64,000 bases of DNA from Phoronis australis (taxonomy: Eukaryota > Animalia > Phoronida). The position numbers and the translations under genes are program-made. The stretch's first letter is position 1, and the number at the start of each line of letters is the position of its first letter. The DNA lies in assembly GCA_002633005.1 (NCBI GenBank), contig NMRA01000213.1, positions 227,892 to 291,891 of the forward strand. The letters are read 5' to 3'. Below the pieces are notes generated by a model that did not search any database, was not told the DNA's origin, and was given only the letters and a program-made list of their open reading frames with translations. Of the stretch, positions 62,216 to 64,000 are shown one piece after another.

Positions 62216-62773
62216 ACATCTATTCACCTATTTCACGAAAGCGCCATCTTCCCGCGCCATCTTTAAATACTGATCGAAAACGCGGCACACTGATAAAACA
62301 TCGTGAGCGGTCGTCTGCTGGCCTTGATGGTGTACTGTGCAGTGCCTGAACGTACCAATTCCAACTCGTCGGTATCCTTCCCAGGGATATACTTAGCCAC
62401 TCGTACAGTCGCCAATGCGAGTAAAAATGGTGCTGGGCGAGTAGAAGTTGACTTGCCAGTCGCCCAGGTGGCGAGCGAATTTCAGAGCGCAAAAGCACTA
62501 TATATCGTTTCCCAGATGAATATGACTAATTTTCCTCCTCCTTGTGCTGTTTTTATCATGAATTTAAAGTTCAGTTTGGTCATCGAGTCGATGCTCCGGC
62601 AGTAAAAAACATCGGCGCAGTGCGACCCTACCGTTTCAGTACATGTCACCCGTTACGCGATTCGTCAAAAAAATCACAGTGTGTGGTCGTGCACAAAGAA
62701 TTTGTGGACTAGTCCGAAACGAAGAAATGGGAGAAAGGTGGAAGACCGGTCCATGTGCTCATAGCAAATGAAA

Positions 62774-62910
62774 TACCATATTTCTTGGAACCGACTCCTT
62801 TTTGTAATGTACAATGTCATTTTGGCCAAAATTATTTTATAACATAAGCGCCCATGCCCCTATAAGCGTCCCCACTCGTTTCCAGACTTCGCTAAAATAA
62901 GCGCCCAGTC
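62774..62910. mobile_element. Possible end of a pogo/Tc2-like DNA transposon
   Basis: taccatattt start followed by three ATAAGCG(C/T)CC motifs. No partner end found. Confidence 0.3.
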
Positions 62911-64000
62911 CATGAATGTGTACATATTTGTGCGAAAAATGTCTTACCTCACAGTTCTAAAATTCTCCAGTAATGTATTCAATTTATCAATAATATCCGA
63001 CAGTTCTGAAAAATCATTGTGCGCGGAATTTCTAGTAGACCACGAGCCTCGCCCCTATGTCGGTATTTAGCCGTGGCTGTTTGGTACACTTCAAACCGTT
63101 CCGCAGTGCTTCATGAAAAGAACGCAAAAGATTGGCTGATCTTGCGAGGAAAGTGTTAATTACACTATAGGGTCTGGCCCTTCGAACAGACGCAGCGCAC
63201 TGGTCAACGGGATTGGTATTGTATCTTTCCCGTACAGATTTTCTCCCACAACAGGAATCCAGATTGCTTTGTACACGTAAAATTATAAAAACCGCGAATC
63301 GAAACTTGGCCAAGAAGCGCGCGCTAGGGCGTACAAGTGGGCCTGCTCAATGAGATGAATATAACTACATATAAAGCTCATTGGGGCTGCTACTCTGGCA
63401 AATGAACACTGATGACACGCACGCGCTCGCTCACTCGGTGCACACCTGTTGACTCAGCTTCAATACAAACGTCACGTGACAACAACATATGTGTTCGTCC
63501 AGATTTTTCTCGTTGCCGGGTGCGATCTAGCGCAGATTTTGACTTAATCTGCGGTTAATCCCGACTCCGAGTCCACAGGAACTTAAGAATCTTAGGAAAG
63601 GCTATTTCGAAAACTTAAGGAGGATTTGAGGTAATTTGAGTCGAAACTATTTTTACTCAAGAATTCAAGTTGTCCTATCGGCGATCGCGAAGCAGCGACG
63701 CATCAGTCGGCAAGTTTTCGCCCTGGGATTTCAGCACATTTTTTTTTTAAGATGAATAACAGAGTTTGATAGCAACGCACCACAGTTTTGTAGAAAGTCT
63801 GTCATAGGTTACACACACGTCACAGCGGAGACCGGGTTTTAACCGCCGTGGGCTACAAAAAGTGTCCCCCTGGGCGCAAATTATTAGGGCAAATACGGTA
63901 GCCCTAATGGTGACATCAGTGCACGAGACGATGATTTTTATTCAAAGTATTAGCAAGTATGTGGTGACTGGCGACAACGGCCGAGTGACTGAACTTCGGG

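Overview
Eukaryotic (invertebrate bilaterian-looking, AT-rich) genomic DNA, not prokaryotic. The left ~24.5 kb holds the first four coding exons of an Islet (Isl1/2, tailup) LIM-homeobox gene on the minus strand: 28+190+284+284 nt, 262 codons, LIM1-LIM2-homeodomain. The C-terminal exons appear to lie beyond the left edge. The introns and ~4 kb upstream are nearly free of recognisable transposons but rich in homeodomain/POU/bHLH motif clusters. From ~28.5 kb onward the window is a nested transposon graveyard: a Ginger1-like element (CCGG TSD), a Hero-clade REL retrotransposon split by a THAP-bearing P/Galileo-like element (7-bp TSD), Kolobok-like elements (TTAA TSD), a CR1/L2-like LINE split by several insertions, a Tx1/L1 fragment, tRNA-derived SINEs, several CA..TG MITEs with 5-bp TSDs, a 2-kb TIR element with an internal 16-bp motif array, and a Penelope-like element whose 5' end forms a perfect 118-bp-arm palindrome next to a candidate 63-nt intron. 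I found no clearly new multi-gene system. The best leads are a 65-bp hairpin mini-element carrying a CTCF-like motif inside islet intron 3, an in-frame tandem splice acceptor, and the unusual transposon structures. All motif and family calls were made by eye, without database searches.
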